In this document: one piece after another, positions 62,138 through 64,000 of the stretch
Layout of the letters: each line of letters starts with the position of its first letter
Numbering within the stretch: the stretch's first letter is position 1
Assembly: GCF_035594765.1 (NCBI RefSeq)
Contig: NC_085842.1
Location: forward strand, 262,493,749 to 262,557,748
Length of the DNA stretch: 64,000 nt
Origin: Anolis carolinensis
Lineage: Eukaryota
Direction: 5' to 3'
The notes under the pieces: generated by a model
Databases searched by the model: none
What the model was told of the DNA's origin: nothing
The model's input: the letters and a program-made list of their open reading frames with translations, nothing else
Translations under genes and position numbers: made by a program

Positions 62138-63056
62138 GCAACCTGGGGATCACAACCCGACACAGTGAAGACCTCTGCCCTTGTGCTTTGCTACTTTGCT
62201 GTTGAATACTCATGGCCAGTGTGGAACACATTTCACCATGTTAAACCAGTGTACGTAGCTCTTAATGAGACATGCCACATTATCACAGGATGATAAGAGA
62301 AACTATACTGTATAGCTGCTATTGCACCACCTGACATCCCCCGCGAAGTAGCAGCCAACAATGAAAGGACCAAGACATCTCCAGCCCATCCTCTATTTGG
62401 GTATTAGCCAGCATGCCAATGCCTGAAATCATTAAATAGTTTTCTAAGATCTACAGTTACTCGCAGGAACACCTCAGCAAGCGAGAGTCCAAAGGTGGCA
62501 GGCTAAAGCCCGGAACCTCAAGCTATGGCTGATACCAAATGAGAGACTCCCTCCTGGGCACACAGAAAACTGGGTGACAGTGTTGTTGTGTGTTTTCCGG
62601 GCTGTAGGGCCATGTTCCTGAGGATGCCTGCCACAGATGTGGGTAGAACGTCAGGAGAGAATACTTCTGGAACATGCCCATACAGCCGAGAAAACACACA
62701 ACAACCCTGTGATCCCGGCCATGAAAGCCTTTGACAACACAAGACTGGGTGACTTGGAAGGCACTGAACAGACTGTGTTCTGGCACCATGAGATGCAGAG
62801 CCAGCCTTAAGAAAAGGGGCCACAAAGTGGAGTCCACAACATGCAAGTGTGGAGAAGAGCAAACCACAGACCACCTATTACAATACAGCCTGAGGCCTGC
62901 CACATGCACAATGTAGGACCTTCTTATAGCAAGGCCAGAGGCACTCCAAGTGACCAGCTACTGGTCAAAGGACATTTAGTATAATGTCTAAACTTTGTGT
63001 TTTTAAATACATTACAACTGTGCCTTGGTTTGCTTCTGATACAATAAATAAATAAA
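62138..63056 (+). mobile_element. Vingi/ingi-like LINE 3' portion, interrupted by a mini-Penelope
   Basis: TWGSQPDTVKTSAL..CY...EY..PVW, W..LNRL..G and CKCGEEQTTDHL motifs. (TAAA)n tail. Confidence 0.82.
62579..62740 (+). mobile_element. Miniature Penelope insertion (inverted piece plus pLTR with decayed hammerhead)
   Basis: Homologous to 30273-30396. 62582-62618 is an inverted copy of 62669-62705. 13-bp TSD AA(A/G)ACTGGGTGAC at 62566-62578 / 62741-62753. Confidence 0.9.
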
Positions 63057-63139
63057 CCCTTTGTAAAGAGGGGAGGAGATAGCCTGTGGCTCTCCATTCA
63101 CTTCAGCTCCTGTCCTAGGACTTTGTCCCATATTGCAGC

Positions 63140-63286
63140 TACAGCAGACAAACTTTGGCCTTCCAAGCGTTTTGGACTTCAACTGCTGCTAGCAACTGAA
63201 GGGGAAAAGGAAAGGGCCTGAGGCTGTTAGGAATGGTGGGAGTTGAAGTCCAAAACACCTGGAGGGCCAAAGTTTGTCCATGCCTG
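63140..63286. mobile_element. Short hAT MITE (CAGGCATGGGCAAACTT-type ends)
   Basis: Inverted arms acaaactttggccttcca...gttttggacttcaact / agttgaagtccaaaac...tggagggccaaagtttgtccatgcctg. Confidence 0.7.
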
Positions 63287-63412
63287 AACTAGAAGAATTC
63301 AATTGATTAATACAGCTTGATACCCTTTTCCCTGCCCCAATGCTGGAGCATCTGCAAAACTACAGCTTTCGTGATTCCCTTGCATTGAGCCATGACAGTT
63401 AAAAGCACTAAG

Positions 63413-64000
63413 CCTGCGTTTCTCAACCTGGGGGTCGGGACCCCTGGGGTGGTGGTCACGAGAGGGGTGTCAGATGGGTCACCAAAGACCATCAGAAAAT
63501 GCATATTTCTGAGGATCTAAGGAACTCCTTTGGCAGAAAAGGCTGGATGTAGGTGAACTACAACTCCAAAACTCAAGGTAAATGCCCAGCAAACCCTTCC
63601 AGTATTTTCTGTTGGTGATGGGAGATAACCGGAGCCCCGGTGGCAAAGTGTGTTAAAGCACCGAGCTGCTGAACTTGCAGACCGAAAGGTCGCAGGTTCA
63701 AATCCTGGGAGCGGAGTGAGTGCCCGCTGTTAGCTCCAGCTTCCGCCAACCTAGCTGTTCAAAAACATGCCAATGTGAGTAGATCAATAGGTACCGCTTC
63801 AGCAGGAAGGTAACAGTGCTCCATTCAGTCATGCCAGCCACATGACCTTGGAGGTGTCTACGGACAATACCGGCTCTTTGGCTTAGAAATGATGAGCACC
63901 AACCCCCAGAGTCAGACATGACTGGACTCAACGTCAGGGGAAATCTTTACCTTTACCTTAATGGGAGATCTGTGAGCAAAGTTTGGTTCAATTCCATCAT
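63413..64000 (+). mobile_element. hAT MITE (TTTCTCAACCTGGGGGTC end), runs off the window, hosts a Sauria SINE
   Basis: End resembles Charlie/SPIN-type CAG.G.TTCTCAACCT TIRs. Confidence 0.6.
63627..63960 (+). mobile_element. Sauria SINE, full length
   Basis: Family match. 9-bp TSD ATGGGAGAT at 63618-63626 / 63961-63969. Confidence 0.93.

Noticed and set aside
62618-62660. Active hammerhead in the mini-Penelope
   Set aside because: The GAAA box is mutated to AGAA and the 5' strand of helix I is disrupted by the inversion junction.

Overview
Vertebrate (squamate, Anolis-type) genomic DNA. It is AT-rich, repeat-dense and mostly intronic, with three assembly gaps. No host protein-coding gene could be named. 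Canonical minus-strand splice sites at 30886-31107, 2546-2618 and about 1632 suggest the window holds the 3' exons and long introns of an unidentified minus-strand transcript. The only long intact ORF belongs to a young, apparently complete Penelope/Poseidon-like retroelement (27157-30396). It encodes RT plus GIY-YIG and has a perfect 12-bp TSD, a 470-bp inverted 5' copy of its own 3' end, and three minimal hammerhead ribozymes. Its only plausible start codon overlaps the ribozyme catalytic core, upstream of the cleavage site. A cleaved unit-length RNA would therefore lose the AUG and regain it only if circularised. Other highlights are R4/Dong LINE pieces clustered in (TAA)n arrays, one carrying an inverted 5' UTR with an HDV-ribozyme-like fold, a 162-bp mini-Penelope with the same architecture, a GC/CpG-rich hAT MITE, a solo LTR inside an L2, and many SINEs and MITEs, often nested with clean TSDs. 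Family names come from recalled consensus features, not database searches.
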